From positions 36,454 to 100,453 of the forward strand of contig CAZMRF010000003.1 in the NCBI GenBank assembly GCA_964568735.1: a stretch of 64,000 bases of DNA, in the 5' to 3' direction. The translations under genes were made by a program, and so were the position numbers. Below, piece by piece: positions 8,574-20,982 of the stretch. The DNA is from an uncultured Acidobacteriota bacterium. GTDB taxonomy: Bacteria > Acidobacteriota > Polarisedimenticolia > JACPZX01. The first letter of the stretch is position 1. The number at the start of each line of letters is the position of its first letter. The notes beneath the pieces were generated by a model that searched no databases, was not told where the DNA came from, and saw only the letters and a list, made by a program, of their open reading frames with translations.

Positions 8574-9608
8574 TCAGATCTCCGCGACGTCCTTGAGGGG
8601 GACCTGGTGCAGGCCGTCCGATCGCCAGCTCTGGAGGACCCTCATGTAGTTCACGCGCTCGAAGGCCGCGGGGTCGGGGCAGGACTGGGTTCGCATGCTG
8701 CCGCGGGCCTGCTCCAGGGACTCGTACTCGTGCTCCTCGAGCCAGTCGGTCATCTCGCGGCGGATGCGGGCGAGGCGATCGGGGCCGTGCCTGAGGAGTG
8801 CCGAGACGACCTGGACGCCATGGGCTCCGGCCATCACGGCCTTGATGGCGTCGAGGCCCGTGTGGATGCCGCCGCTCGCTCCCAGCGAGGACCAGATCCG
8901 GCCCGAGAGGATCGCGAGCCAGCGCAGCCGCAGCAGCAGCTCGGAGGGGTCCGACAGGCGCAGCGTCGGGACCACCTCGAGCTGCTCGGGGTCGATGTCG
9001 GGCTGGTAGAAGCGGTTGAAGAGCACGAGCCCGTCGGCGCCCGCGTCCTCCAGCTCGGAGGCGAAGTGGGCGAGCGCGGAGAAGTAGGGAGAGAGCTTCA
9101 CGGCCACGGGTATCCGGACGCTCTTCTTGACGGCCCGGAGCATCTCGAGGATGCGCCGCTCGATCTTCTCGGCGCTCTCGCTCTCCTGCGTCGCCATGAA
9201 GTAGACGTTCAGCTCCAACGCGTCCGCTCCCGCCTGCTCGATGAGGTGCGCGTACCTGAGCCACCCTCCCAGCGTGGTGCCGTTGAGAGATCCGATGACG
9301 GGAATCGACACCGTCTCCTTGATCTTTCGGATCTGCGCGAGGTACTCCTCGGGTCCCAGCGTGAACTCGTCGGGATCGGGGAAGTAGCTCGTCGCCTCGG
9401 CGAAGGACTCGGCATGCTCCTCCATCGCGAAGAGCGTCCCGACCTCCTCGCGCTTGATCTGCTCCTCGAAGAGGGAGTGCATCACGATGGCCGCGGCGCC
9501 CGCGTCCTCCAGCCTCTTCACCGTGTCGAGGTCGTCCACGAGCGGTGAGGCTCCCGGCATCAGGGGGTGGGGAAGCCTGAGCTTCAGATAGGTCGTCGAC
9601 AGGTCCAT
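8574..9608 (-). CDS. Dihydroorotate dehydrogenase-like (class 1 DHOD/DPD family) TIM-barrel flavoprotein
   Basis: 344 aa. Motifs 'IPVIGSLNG', 'VAVKLSPY', 'GADGLVLFNR', 'GASGGIHTGLDAIKAVMAGAHGVQVVSAL' typical of the DHOD/dihydropyrimidine dehydrogenase family. 12 nt downstream of the PFOR stop. Confidence 0.8.
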   Translation of the reverse strand: MDLSTTYLKLRLPHPLMPGASPLVDDLDTVKRLEDAGAAAIVMHSLFEEQIKREEVGTLFAMEEHAESFAEATSYFPDPDEFTLGPEEYLAQIRKIKETVSIPVIGSLNGTTLGGWLRYAHLIEQAGADALELNVYFMATQESESAEKIERRILEMLRAVKKSVRIPVAVKLSPYFSALAHFASELEDAGADGLVLFNRFYQPDIDPEQLEVVPTLRLSDPSELLLRLRWLAILSGRIWSSLGASGGIHTGLDAIKAVMAGAHGVQVVSALLRHGPDRLARIRREMTDWLEEHEYESLEQARGSMRTQSCPDPAAFERVNYMRVLQSWRSDGLHQVPLKDVAEI

Positions 9609-9620
9609 GGTCTCCCTCCC

Positions 9621-13250
<3,630 letters not shown>

Positions 13251-13690
13251 GCGTTCTCCTCGCGGGGCCGGGAGCCTGTCCGGGTCGTGGCAGCGACCCG
13301 ACAAGCCGAGGCTTGGAAGTCGAGGCCGGGAGTGAAAAGTGGATGACCCCGGGTGCGGTCCGGCGCCCGCATACGAAACAGCAAGCTGGGTGCCACGCAG
13401 GTGCCGGGCCGAACCCGCGTATCCACCGAGGTTGGAGCGCCTCAGTGGACCCCGGCAAGCCGTCCCATCCGTGCAATCCCGCAGGTGCGCGATTTCACGC
13501 AGGCCATCCCCGCCGCCCCGAGCGCCGGCCAGGATGCCTGGCCGTGCTTGCAGGCGTAACCGAGATCGCGGATAGAGATGATCGAGTGAGGTACGGCAGC
13601 CAAGGCCGCTCATGAAACCGCCGCTGCAGGCGCACCTCGAATATCGGACAGCGTCAGCGGGCCGCATGTGGAGGGAGGAGGAGGGGTTTC

Positions 13691-13865
13691 GTCAGTCAGC
13701 CGTGCGGGGCTGGAGGCCGTACGTGAAGGCGGCCACGTGGGCGACCTCTTCGTCGGTGAGGATGTCCGTCTGGTAGAAGGGCATCGGGTCCTTCCCCGCG
13801 CGGATCAGGTCGGCGATCTCCCCGGGGGTCATCTTGGAAGCGATGAGATCAGGGCCCAGGCCGGC
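13691..13865 (-). pseudogene. Degenerate 3' fragment (about 58 codons) of a diheme cytochrome c gene; copy 1 of the direct repeat flanking the AbiE cassette
   Basis: Minus-strand translation ...GAGLGPDLIASKMTPGEIADLIRAGKDPMPFYQTDILTDEEVAHVAAFTYGLQPRTAD* parallels the C-terminus of the intact cytochrome at 15819..16709 (...GLGSDLTVSAMTPGEIADLIRAGKDPMPFYQTDILTDEEVAHVAAFTYGLQPHPAN*). Core 13711-13833 has 3 mismatches in about 123 nt against 15838-15960; flanks diverge. Confidence 0.6.
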
Positions 13866-13925
13866 GCCGACGTGGTCGTGTGGTAGGCGTTGAATCCCCG
13901 CGCCCTCAACAACAGGTCGAAGGGA

Positions 13926-14837
13926 TCAGCCGGTACGTCCACGATCGAATCGGTTGCGAACGTCCGTTCGTAGCCGCTCGGCAAGGGGCTCGTTCCAGCC
14001 TGAGCTTGAGTCCTCGATCACCTGCAGCTCGAGCGCGCTGAGATCACGCAGAGAGGCGAATCGAGTCTCCACGGAGGCCAGGATCTCGTCAGGTCGAACC
14101 TCTTCGGAGATCCGAATGAGACGCCGCAGATCCTCCCACTCGTAGTCGCCACTGCGGAGCTTAGAGAGAAACGCTTCGGGGTCGAATGGGTCGCGTACCT
14201 GCCAGAGCTTGAGGACGACCAGGGAGCGGAGCAGGTCGCTGTCGAACGGGGTCGTCGCGAAGCGGTGGAGGTCATACAGGTCGCGGACCTTGGCCCGTTG
14301 GAAAGCCGCCCGCACCTTCTCGGCGATCATTTCGATGGCCTCCAGCGACCGAATCTCGAAGATGTCGAACTCGAGGTGAGGAAAATAGGGTTGGTGCTCC
14401 ATCGTCCTCATCACGACTGGCAGCGTGGGGTGCTCGCGAAGGCTGACTTGCAGGCGGAAACGGCCCGCCTCGTTCCACGCATGCCGGTAAAGCACGTCCC
14501 TGCCGAAGGAAGTATCGTCCTCGGTCTTATAGTAGTCGGTGAGGGTGAACGCTATGTCATGGTGCACCCGATTGAAAACCTCGACGATCTGGACGAGTAC
14601 GTCGTCGTCCTTCTGTTCTGTCGCGAGTGTGAAGTCGAGATCTTCAGAGAAGCGTCCCGCTGAGCCGAAGATCAGTTTACGCAGGCACGTCCCCCCCTTG
14701 AATGCGAGGTATTCCATGACTCCCGAGTCGACCATGGCGCGGAGCGCGTAGGTCAGAACAACGTCCCGCTCTGCGACGAGTTTGTCGCGCAGGCCGCTGT
14801 TGCGTGCATAGAGGTCTACGTACTTGTCAGCAATCAT
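13926..14837 (-). CDS. abiEii: AbiEii/AbiGii-family nucleotidyltransferase toxin (type IV TA)
   Basis: Start at ATG 14835-14837 (MIADKYVDLYARNSGLRDK...), overlapping the antitoxin stop. Conserved 'AFKGGTCL' nucleotidyltransferase motif. About 303 aa. The track ORF extends 42 codons further upstream into the antitoxin. Confidence 0.8.
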   Translation of the reverse strand: MIADKYVDLYARNSGLRDKLVAERDVVLTYALRAMVDSGVMEYLAFKGGTCLRKLIFGSAGRFSEDLDFTLATEQKDDDVLVQIVEVFNRVHHDIAFTLTDYYKTEDDTSFGRDVLYRHAWNEAGRFRLQVSLREHPTLPVVMRTMEHQPYFPHLEFDIFEIRSLEAIEMIAEKVRAAFQRAKVRDLYDLHRFATTPFDSDLLRSLVVLKLWQVRDPFDPEAFLSKLRSGDYEWEDLRRLIRISEEVRPDEILASVETRFASLRDLSALELQVIEDSSSGWNEPLAERLRTDVRNRFDRGRTG

Positions 14838-15712
14838 CGGCGGCGTGGCTTGCCGGGGAAGACCACGCGGCGGCGGGGCTTCTCCTCTTTCGGGAGCAGC
14901 ACGCCTCTTGGGACGTTCTCCACGACGTTCCACGGTCGCACCAGGTTTCCCGTCGTGCCCCATTTGCGGCGGGAGCCGAGCTGGATCTTGCTCTGAGGGC
15001 GGACGAGCGCGAGCAGGGCCGAGCGGAAGTTTTCAGGCACCTCGGCCCGATGGAGATCGAGGAAGTAGCCCAGCCGCTGCGCGAGTGCGGAGGCTCCCCA
15101 TCTGCGCGTGAGATCGATGAGTCCATCCCACGAGATGCGGGGGGTGGCGCGCGCCACAATCCGGGAGGTCTCACCGAGGCCCCCTGCGTATCGGGGCCGA
15201 TCGATTGCGTCGAGCAAGGCCCGCTCCAGGGTTGCCATCTGGACCGGATGCCCCAGGACATTGCTCTTCCCGAATCCGAAGAAGCGGCGCCTCGGGACGT
15301 ATACGAAGACATAGCGGCGCCCCTGGATGGGTTCCGGGCGCCGCCGCTCCTGGCAGGCGACGTAGATCTCGGCAAACGTCTGCTCGGTGAGGCCGTGATG
15401 AGTGCAGGCGGTGCCGAACGAGAAGAAGTAGGGACTGACGATCAGCGCCGCCGCGGCAAGGGGGTTCGTGTCGGCTACTCCTTCCCGGCCGCGGTCGGCG
15501 GGCACGAGCTGGTAGAGCCCGGCCCGCAAGCGCTCGAACCAGCCTTTCTTCACGAGCCGATGAGCCATGCTCCGGGCGTAGCTCTCCGACGCTCCGAGGG
15601 ACTTGCTCAGCTCGGTAAGAGTGATGGTCTTCTGCCCCCGCCACTCCAGGTCGAGAACAATTTTGGCTTCGTTCCTGGAGAGGGTCCGCTCGATGGTTGC
15701 TGATTTAGCCAT
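14834..15712 (-). CDS. abiEi: AbiEi-family antitoxin/transcriptional regulator (DUF4095-type wHTH N-domain)
   Basis: About 292 aa from ATG 15710-15712 (MAKSATIERTLSRNEAKIVLDLEW...); alternative TTG at 15733. 4-bp overlap with the toxin start; the antitoxin-then-toxin order is typical of AbiE. Confidence 0.75.
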   Translation of the reverse strand: MAKSATIERTLSRNEAKIVLDLEWRGQKTITLTELSKSLGASESYARSMAHRLVKKGWFERLRAGLYQLVPADRGREGVADTNPLAAAALIVSPYFFSFGTACTHHGLTEQTFAEIYVACQERRRPEPIQGRRYVFVYVPRRRFFGFGKSNVLGHPVQMATLERALLDAIDRPRYAGGLGETSRIVARATPRISWDGLIDLTRRWGASALAQRLGYFLDLHRAEVPENFRSALLALVRPQSKIQLGSRRKWGTTGNLVRPWNVVENVPRGVLLPKEEKPRRRVVFPGKPRRR

Positions 15713-15813
15713 TTGTTTTGATTTTACTAACAAATAGCAAATCCTGCAACCTGGCGGAAACGCCCTCGAATCACCTTCTGGAATGGCCTCCAGTGTAAAA
15801 GGATGGGGGGAGG

Positions 15814-15960
15814 GTCAGTCAGTTCGCTGGGTGGGGCTGGAGGCCGTAGGTGAAGGCAGCCACGTGCGCGACCTCTTCGTCGGTGAGGATGTCCGTCTGG
15901 TAGAAGGGCATCGGGTCCTTCCCCGCGCGGATCAGGTCGGCGATCTCCCCGGGGGTCATC
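15814..15960. repeat. Copy 2 of the about 145-bp direct repeat (3' end of the intact diheme cytochrome gene)
   Basis: Near-identical to 13691-13833 (95-nt perfectly identical core). Confidence 0.7.
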
Positions 15961-16709
15961 GCGGAGACCGTGAGGTCGGAACCGAGGCCGGTGCCGCCGC
16001 CAGGGTGGCATCCCGCGCAGGCGCGATGGAAGAGTTCGCGTCCCTGCTCCGGATCTCCCGAGCTCGTCTCGACGCGCCCCGGAGGAGAGCGGCGGATGAC
16101 GAAGGGGGAGGCGTAGGGTGCGGCGAGGCTCATCATGTACTCGACCAGCCTCGTCCGCATCAGCCCGGTCATCTCGGTTCCGCCCATGAAGCGCTTCAGG
16201 CAGACCTCTCCCGCCTCGCCGCTGTCGGTCATGATCCGGCCGTTCCACCAGTTCCCGCGGCCTGCGGCGTCGTAGACGGTGTGGCCGGTCCGGATCAGGT
16301 CGTCCGGAGGGGAAGCGCCCGGTGGCGTGACCAGGTGGCAGTCGGCACAGGCGATCCGCGTGGGGGTCTCGTCGCGGCTGAAGAAGATCGCCTCCCCGCG
16401 GCTGTCCACCTTCGAGCCGGGATCGTGACGTGGAGGCCGGGGCCGCGGCGTCGCCATCTCCGGCCGCTGCGCTTCCTCAGAGGCGGCTCCCGTCTCGGAG
16501 ACTCTGACCGGCGGGTCGGTGCCGGGCGACGGTTCGGTGGAATCCTCGGTAGGAGTCTCACCTGCCAGCATAGATGCCGGGCTTCCGACAGGGCGCATCG
16601 CCCCGGGGGCGCTGAGCAGCACAGCGAGAACGCCCAGGGCGGAGACGAACAGGGTGCGTCCCGCGCGTCGATTCGCGTGCCGGCCGGGTGAGCGTGGGGT
16701 GCCGAACAC
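15819..16709 (-). CDS. Diheme c-type cytochrome, secreted
   Basis: Two CxxCH motifs (CADCH, CAGCH). Probable GTG start at 16707-16709 (VFGTPRSPGRHANRRAGRTLFVSALGVLAVLLSAPGA signal-like region) with a GGAG 8 nt upstream; the track ORF extends to 16904. C-terminus duplicated at 13691-13865. Confidence 0.65.
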   Translation of the reverse strand: MFGTPRSPGRHANRRAGRTLFVSALGVLAVLLSAPGAMRPVGSPASMLAGETPTEDSTEPSPGTDPPVRVSETGAASEEAQRPEMATPRPRPPRHDPGSKVDSRGEAIFFSRDETPTRIACADCHLVTPPGASPPDDLIRTGHTVYDAAGRGNWWNGRIMTDSGEAGEVCLKRFMGGTEMTGLMRTRLVEYMMSLAAPYASPFVIRRSPPGRVETSSGDPEQGRELFHRACAGCHPGGGTGLGSDLTVSAMTPGEIADLIRAGKDPMPFYQTDILTDEEVAHVAAFTYGLQPHPAN

Positions 16710-16840
16710 TTGTGAGTCTCCGTTTCCAGGGTACGTGACTGCTGCCTGCCACGTTCGACGTGGCCATCGCCTGCAGAGTCTCTCTTCCGGGAGGAGGGCC
16801 CTGGTGGCGACCCCCGCAATGTAGAAACTGCCGTGCCGGC

Positions 16841-18808
16841 ATGCCACCATGGCCGCCCCCGAACACCGACCTGGAGGTCGCAGCTTTGCACACGCCCGCA
16901 TCACCGACGGTCCGCTCCTCCCGGGCGCTTCTGGGCGCCCTCGCCCTTCTCGCGCCCCTCCTCGCCTGTCAGCCAGCCGGGAATACGAAAGAGAGCGAAG
17001 CGTCCGCCGCGGCCCGTGACATCCACTCCCTGAGCCGGCCGGATCGGGTCCGAACCACCCACGCCGTCCTCGACTGGACCGTCGACTTCAACGCCGAGCA
17101 GATCCGGGGCGGCGTGACTTGGACCTTCGAGCGCGCCCCCGGTGCCTCGGAGGATCCGCTCATCCTCGATACGCGCGGGCTGACGATCGAGGCGGTGAAG
17201 TCGGAGTCGGGGCAGCCGCTCGAGTGGACTCTTGCCCAGCCGGATCCGGTGCTCGGCAGGGCGCTGTCGATCCAGGCCGTGCCGGGCGAGACGAAGGTCG
17301 TCATCACCTACAGAACCGGCCCCGACTCAGATGCCCTGCAATGGCTGAAGCCCGCCCAGACCGCGGGCAAGGAGAAGCCATTCCTCTTCTCGCAGGCTCA
17401 GGCGATCCTGGCCCGCACGATGCTGCCCTGCCAGGACTCGCCGGGCGTGAGGATCACCTACGAGGCGGCCGTGAAGACGCCCTCCGGGATCCGCGCCGTC
17501 ATGGCCGCGGAGCAGCTCGGCGGGGGAGGCGAGGAGCCCTGGCGCTTCACGATGTCCCAGCCCATCCCGAGCTATCTCATCGCCATCGCCGCCGGCGACA
17601 TCGACTTCCGTCCCCTCGGCCCTCGCTCAGGAGTCTTCGCCGAGCCGTCGGTCGTCGAGAAGGCCGCCTGGGAGTTCGCCGACACCGAGGCGATGATCGA
17701 GGCGAACGAGAAGCTCTTCGGCCCCTACCGATGGGATCGCTACGATCTGATCGTCCTGCCTCCGAGCTTCCCCTTCGGCGGGATGGAGAACCCCCGCCTC
17801 ACCTTCGCCACGCCCACGGTCCTCGCAGGAGACCGCTCGCTCGTCGCGCTCATCGCCCACGAGCTGGCCCACTCCTGGTCGGGCAACCTGGTCACGAACG
17901 CCACCTGGGCGGACTTCTGGCTCAACGAAGGCCTCACGGTCTACCTGGAGAACCGGATCCTCGAATCTCTCTACGGCCGCGAGCGCTCGGAGATGGAGGC
18001 CGTCCTGGGCCGGCACGATCTCGAGGAAGCGCTCGAAGAGATGGAGCCAGGCGACCAGGTCCTGCACAACACCTCGCTCGGGGGGCGCGATCCCGGCGAC
18101 GCGGAAACCATGGCTTCCTACGAGAAGGGCTACCTGTTCCTGAGACTCCTCGACGAGGAGTTCGGCCGCGCGACCTTCGATCCCTTCTTGAGGAAGTGGT
18201 TCGACGACAATGCCTTCCAGAGCAGAACGACGGCCGACTTCGAGGCGGCGATGGATCGGGATCTCTTCAAGGGAGACGCGGCGCGGAAGGAGAGGCTCGA
18301 GGTGAAGAAGTGGCTCTACGCTCCGGGGCTCCCGCAGAACGCTCCGCAGGCCGTGAGTGATGCCTTCGACCGGGCCGCGGCCGAGGCGGCGGCTTTCGCG
18401 GGCGGAACGCGCGCCGCCTCCGCGATCCCGGCCGGCGAGTGGACCATCTTCGAATGGCGCCACTTCCTCAGGACCCTTCCCGACGATCTCCCCGCGGAGA
18501 AGATGGCGGAGCTGGACTCGGCCTGGTCTCTCTCCGCCACGGGCAACTCGGAGATCCTCATGGAGTGGCTCCTCCAGTCGATCCGCAGCGGCTACGAGAA
18601 ATCCTACCCCGCGCTTGTCGATTTCCTGATGCGGCAGGGGCGTCGCAAATTCCTCGAGCCCCTCTACAAGGAGATGGCGAAGAGCGAGGAGGGAATGACG
18701 CGCGCCCTCGAGATCTACGCCGAGGCCCGCCCGACCTACCACTCCATGGCCACGAACGCGGTCGACGAGATCCTCGGGTACGGGCGGAGAGCCGCCGCCA
18801 CGCCTTGA
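16841..18808 (+). CDS. M1-family zinc metallopeptidase (leukotriene A4 hydrolase/aminopeptidase-like), secreted lipoprotein
   Basis: HELAHSWSGNLVT...WLNEG (HExxH-x18-E zinc site). N-terminal lipoprotein signal '...LLAPLLACQP'. ATG at 16841 (MPPWPPPN...). Confidence 0.85.
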   Translation: MPPWPPPNTDLEVAALHTPASPTVRSSRALLGALALLAPLLACQPAGNTKESEASAAARDIHSLSRPDRVRTTHAVLDWTVDFNAEQIRGGVTWTFERAPGASEDPLILDTRGLTIEAVKSESGQPLEWTLAQPDPVLGRALSIQAVPGETKVVITYRTGPDSDALQWLKPAQTAGKEKPFLFSQAQAILARTMLPCQDSPGVRITYEAAVKTPSGIRAVMAAEQLGGGGEEPWRFTMSQPIPSYLIAIAAGDIDFRPLGPRSGVFAEPSVVEKAAWEFADTEAMIEANEKLFGPYRWDRYDLIVLPPSFPFGGMENPRLTFATPTVLAGDRSLVALIAHELAHSWSGNLVTNATWADFWLNEGLTVYLENRILESLYGRERSEMEAVLGRHDLEEALEEMEPGDQVLHNTSLGGRDPGDAETMASYEKGYLFLRLLDEEFGRATFDPFLRKWFDDNAFQSRTTADFEAAMDRDLFKGDAARKERLEVKKWLYAPGLPQNAPQAVSDAFDRAAAEAAAFAGGTRAASAIPAGEWTIFEWRHFLRTLPDDLPAEKMAELDSAWSLSATGNSEILMEWLLQSIRSGYEKSYPALVDFLMRQGRRKFLEPLYKEMAKSEEGMTRALEIYAEARPTYHSMATNAVDEILGYGRRAAATP

Positions 18809-18848
18809 GGCTGCCTCGGAGTTCACCCGGGGCCGGCCTGCGTGCCGG

Positions 18849-20936
18849 CTATCCCCCCGCCTTCTCCCGGTGTGAGTCCCAGTAGAGCCCCGCCGCCAGG
18901 AGGAGGAAGGCCATCAGGCCGAGCCAGTTCCCCCAGACTGAGAGGAAACCGCCCAGCCCCAGGGCCCCGATCCCCGTCAGGTCGGGGACGATGGAGACCC
19001 TCCACGAGTCCTCGATGAATCGCAGCAGCGCCGCAAGGACGCCGACGAGCGCGCCGCCGGCGATGAAGCCCGAGGCGATGAGCGTGCCCTTCTCGTGCCG
19101 TGCCTTGCCGAGGATGTTGTCCTTCGAGGAGTGCTCCAGGAAGTGCGCCACCACCGCCCCGAGGACCAGGGGTGAGTTCAGCTCCATGGGGAGATACATC
19201 CCGAGGGCGAAGGCCAGCCCCGACACCTTGCACAGCTCGGCTGATACCGCGAAGACGGCGCCGATGGCATAGAGGAACCACGGCGCGCCGCCGGTTCCCA
19301 TGACGCCGCGGAGAACGGCCGCCATCGCGTTCGGCTGCGGCGCCGGCAGCGCGTTGGGGTGGGCGGCGTCGGCCGAGAAGCCGTAGACGTGCGCCATCAG
19401 GAGGATGACCAGCGTCGTTCCGGCGGAGGCCGTGATCGCCCCGACGATGTTGGAGATCTCGACCTGGCGCGGCGTCGCCCCGAGCCAGTAGGAGATCTTG
19501 TACTGCGTGACGAGCGACCCGCTCATGGAGAGGGCCGTGCAGACGACGCCCCCGATCAGGAGGACCTGGAGCATCCCGCCATCGCCGCTGAGACCCATCG
19601 CTGAGAGTAAAACCGCCGTCACGATGAGGGTCGTGATGGTCATCCCGGAGACGGGGGTTATGGAGATCATGGCGATGGCCCAGGCCGAGACCGACGCGAA
19701 GAGGAAGGCGATGACCAGGGTCATCACCGCGGAGACCAGCGCGATGGTCGTGGCGTTCGCCTCTCCGGCGAGAACCGAGAAGCGGAAGTAGAGGAAGATC
19801 ACGGCACCCGTGGCGAGGATCCCTCCGATGCTCACCGACATGGGCAGGGAGCGTTCGGTGCGGACGTCCTGCGCCAGGGCGCTCTCTCCACGGATGAGCC
19901 GGGCCACCTCGCCGAAGGCCTGGCGCGTCGCCTGCACGATGATGGGCGACATCTTGATGATCGACAGCAGGCCGGCGCAGAAGATCCCGCCGATGCCGAT
20001 CGGCCTCACGTACTGCGCGAAGATCTGCGCCGGCGCGAGCTGCGAGAGGGGCTGGGCCCCGTCCGAGATCGCGCCGGGGATGAACTGCCCGAGGTGCGCG
20101 AAGAGAGGCACCAGCACGAAGAAGGAGACCATGGAGCCCGCGAAGATGATGCAGGCGTACTTCAGCCCCATGATGTAGCCGAGGCCCAGGACGGCGGCCG
20201 AGGTGTTCATCGTGAAGACGGCCTTGTACTTGCTCGTGAAGCCGGCCAGGGCGGAGATGCTCGCGGTGGAGAAGACGTCGGCCCAGGCGCGCATGGAGGA
20301 GCTGAGGAAGTCGAACATGGCCGCGATGACCGCCGAGTAGGTCAGGACCACCGCGCTCTGGCCCCCGCGCTTTCCGGCGACGAGGATCTCGGTCGTCGCG
20401 CGCGCCTCGGGGTAGGGGAGCTTGCCGTGGAGGTCGCGCACGAAGTAGCGGCGGAACGGGGAGAGGATGAAGACGCCGAGGATCGCGCCGAGGAGCGGCA
20501 CGAGGAAGATCTGGAAGAGCGACGATCGGCCCTGCAGCCCGAGGATGTAAATCGCGGGCATGGTGAAGACGGAGCCCCCGGCGATGATCCCCGACGTGGC
20601 TCCGATGGCGAGGACGTTCACGTTCTCCAAGAGGGTCGAGGAGCGCGAGCGGAGGAACTTGACGGCGAGGACCGAGAAGCCGACGGCGAGGATCGAGATC
20701 GGGATCGCCGACTCGATCCCCTGGCCGAGCTTCAGGGCGATGTAGGTGGCCGCCGCCGAAAACACGATCGACCAGAAGAACCCCTGGACGATCGACCTGA
20801 GAGTGACCTCGGGAGGCGCCTGGTCGGGGCGGACGACGGGCTGGTAGGTCTCGCCCGGCTTCAGCTCGCGGAAGGCGGTTTCCGGAAGCCGCACATCCTC
20901 CAGATCAGGGGCCGTGCCGGTGTCTCCGGGCTTCAT
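18849..20936 (-). CDS. OPT-family oligopeptide transporter (integral membrane, about 16 TMs)
   Basis: 695 aa from ATG 20934-20936 (MKPGDTGTAPDLEDV...). Highly hydrophobic with the OPT-family architecture. The track ORF begins 45 codons upstream with no support. Confidence 0.85.
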   Translation of the reverse strand: MKPGDTGTAPDLEDVRLPETAFRELKPGETYQPVVRPDQAPPEVTLRSIVQGFFWSIVFSAAATYIALKLGQGIESAIPISILAVGFSVLAVKFLRSRSSTLLENVNVLAIGATSGIIAGGSVFTMPAIYILGLQGRSSLFQIFLVPLLGAILGVFILSPFRRYFVRDLHGKLPYPEARATTEILVAGKRGGQSAVVLTYSAVIAAMFDFLSSSMRAWADVFSTASISALAGFTSKYKAVFTMNTSAAVLGLGYIMGLKYACIIFAGSMVSFFVLVPLFAHLGQFIPGAISDGAQPLSQLAPAQIFAQYVRPIGIGGIFCAGLLSIIKMSPIIVQATRQAFGEVARLIRGESALAQDVRTERSLPMSVSIGGILATGAVIFLYFRFSVLAGEANATTIALVSAVMTLVIAFLFASVSAWAIAMISITPVSGMTITTLIVTAVLLSAMGLSGDGGMLQVLLIGGVVCTALSMSGSLVTQYKISYWLGATPRQVEISNIVGAITASAGTTLVILLMAHVYGFSADAAHPNALPAPQPNAMAAVLRGVMGTGGAPWFLYAIGAVFAVSAELCKVSGLAFALGMYLPMELNSPLVLGAVVAHFLEHSSKDNILGKARHEKGTLIASGFIAGGALVGVLAALLRFIEDSWRVSIVPDLTGIGALGLGGFLSVWGNWLGLMAFLLLAAGLYWDSHREKAGG

Positions 20937-20982
20937 GGGCACGCTCCTCCCTCCCTCATCGGAAGCCTCCTCCCCGTGCCGA

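Larger units (their letters stand above)
13691..15813. mobile_element. Putative horizontally acquired AbiE toxin-antitoxin cassette bounded by direct repeats of the cytochrome-c 3' end
   Basis: GC about 58% against about 70% in flanks. Carries only abiEi/abiEii. About 145-bp direct repeats at 13691-13833 and 15814-15960. No integrase or transposase present. Confidence 0.4.

Noticed and set aside
15783-16691. 302-aa plus-strand ORF sharing a peptide with ORF 13668..13886
   Set aside because: The shared peptide is the antisense of the duplicated cytochrome 3' end. The ORF is antisense to the diheme cytochrome gene.
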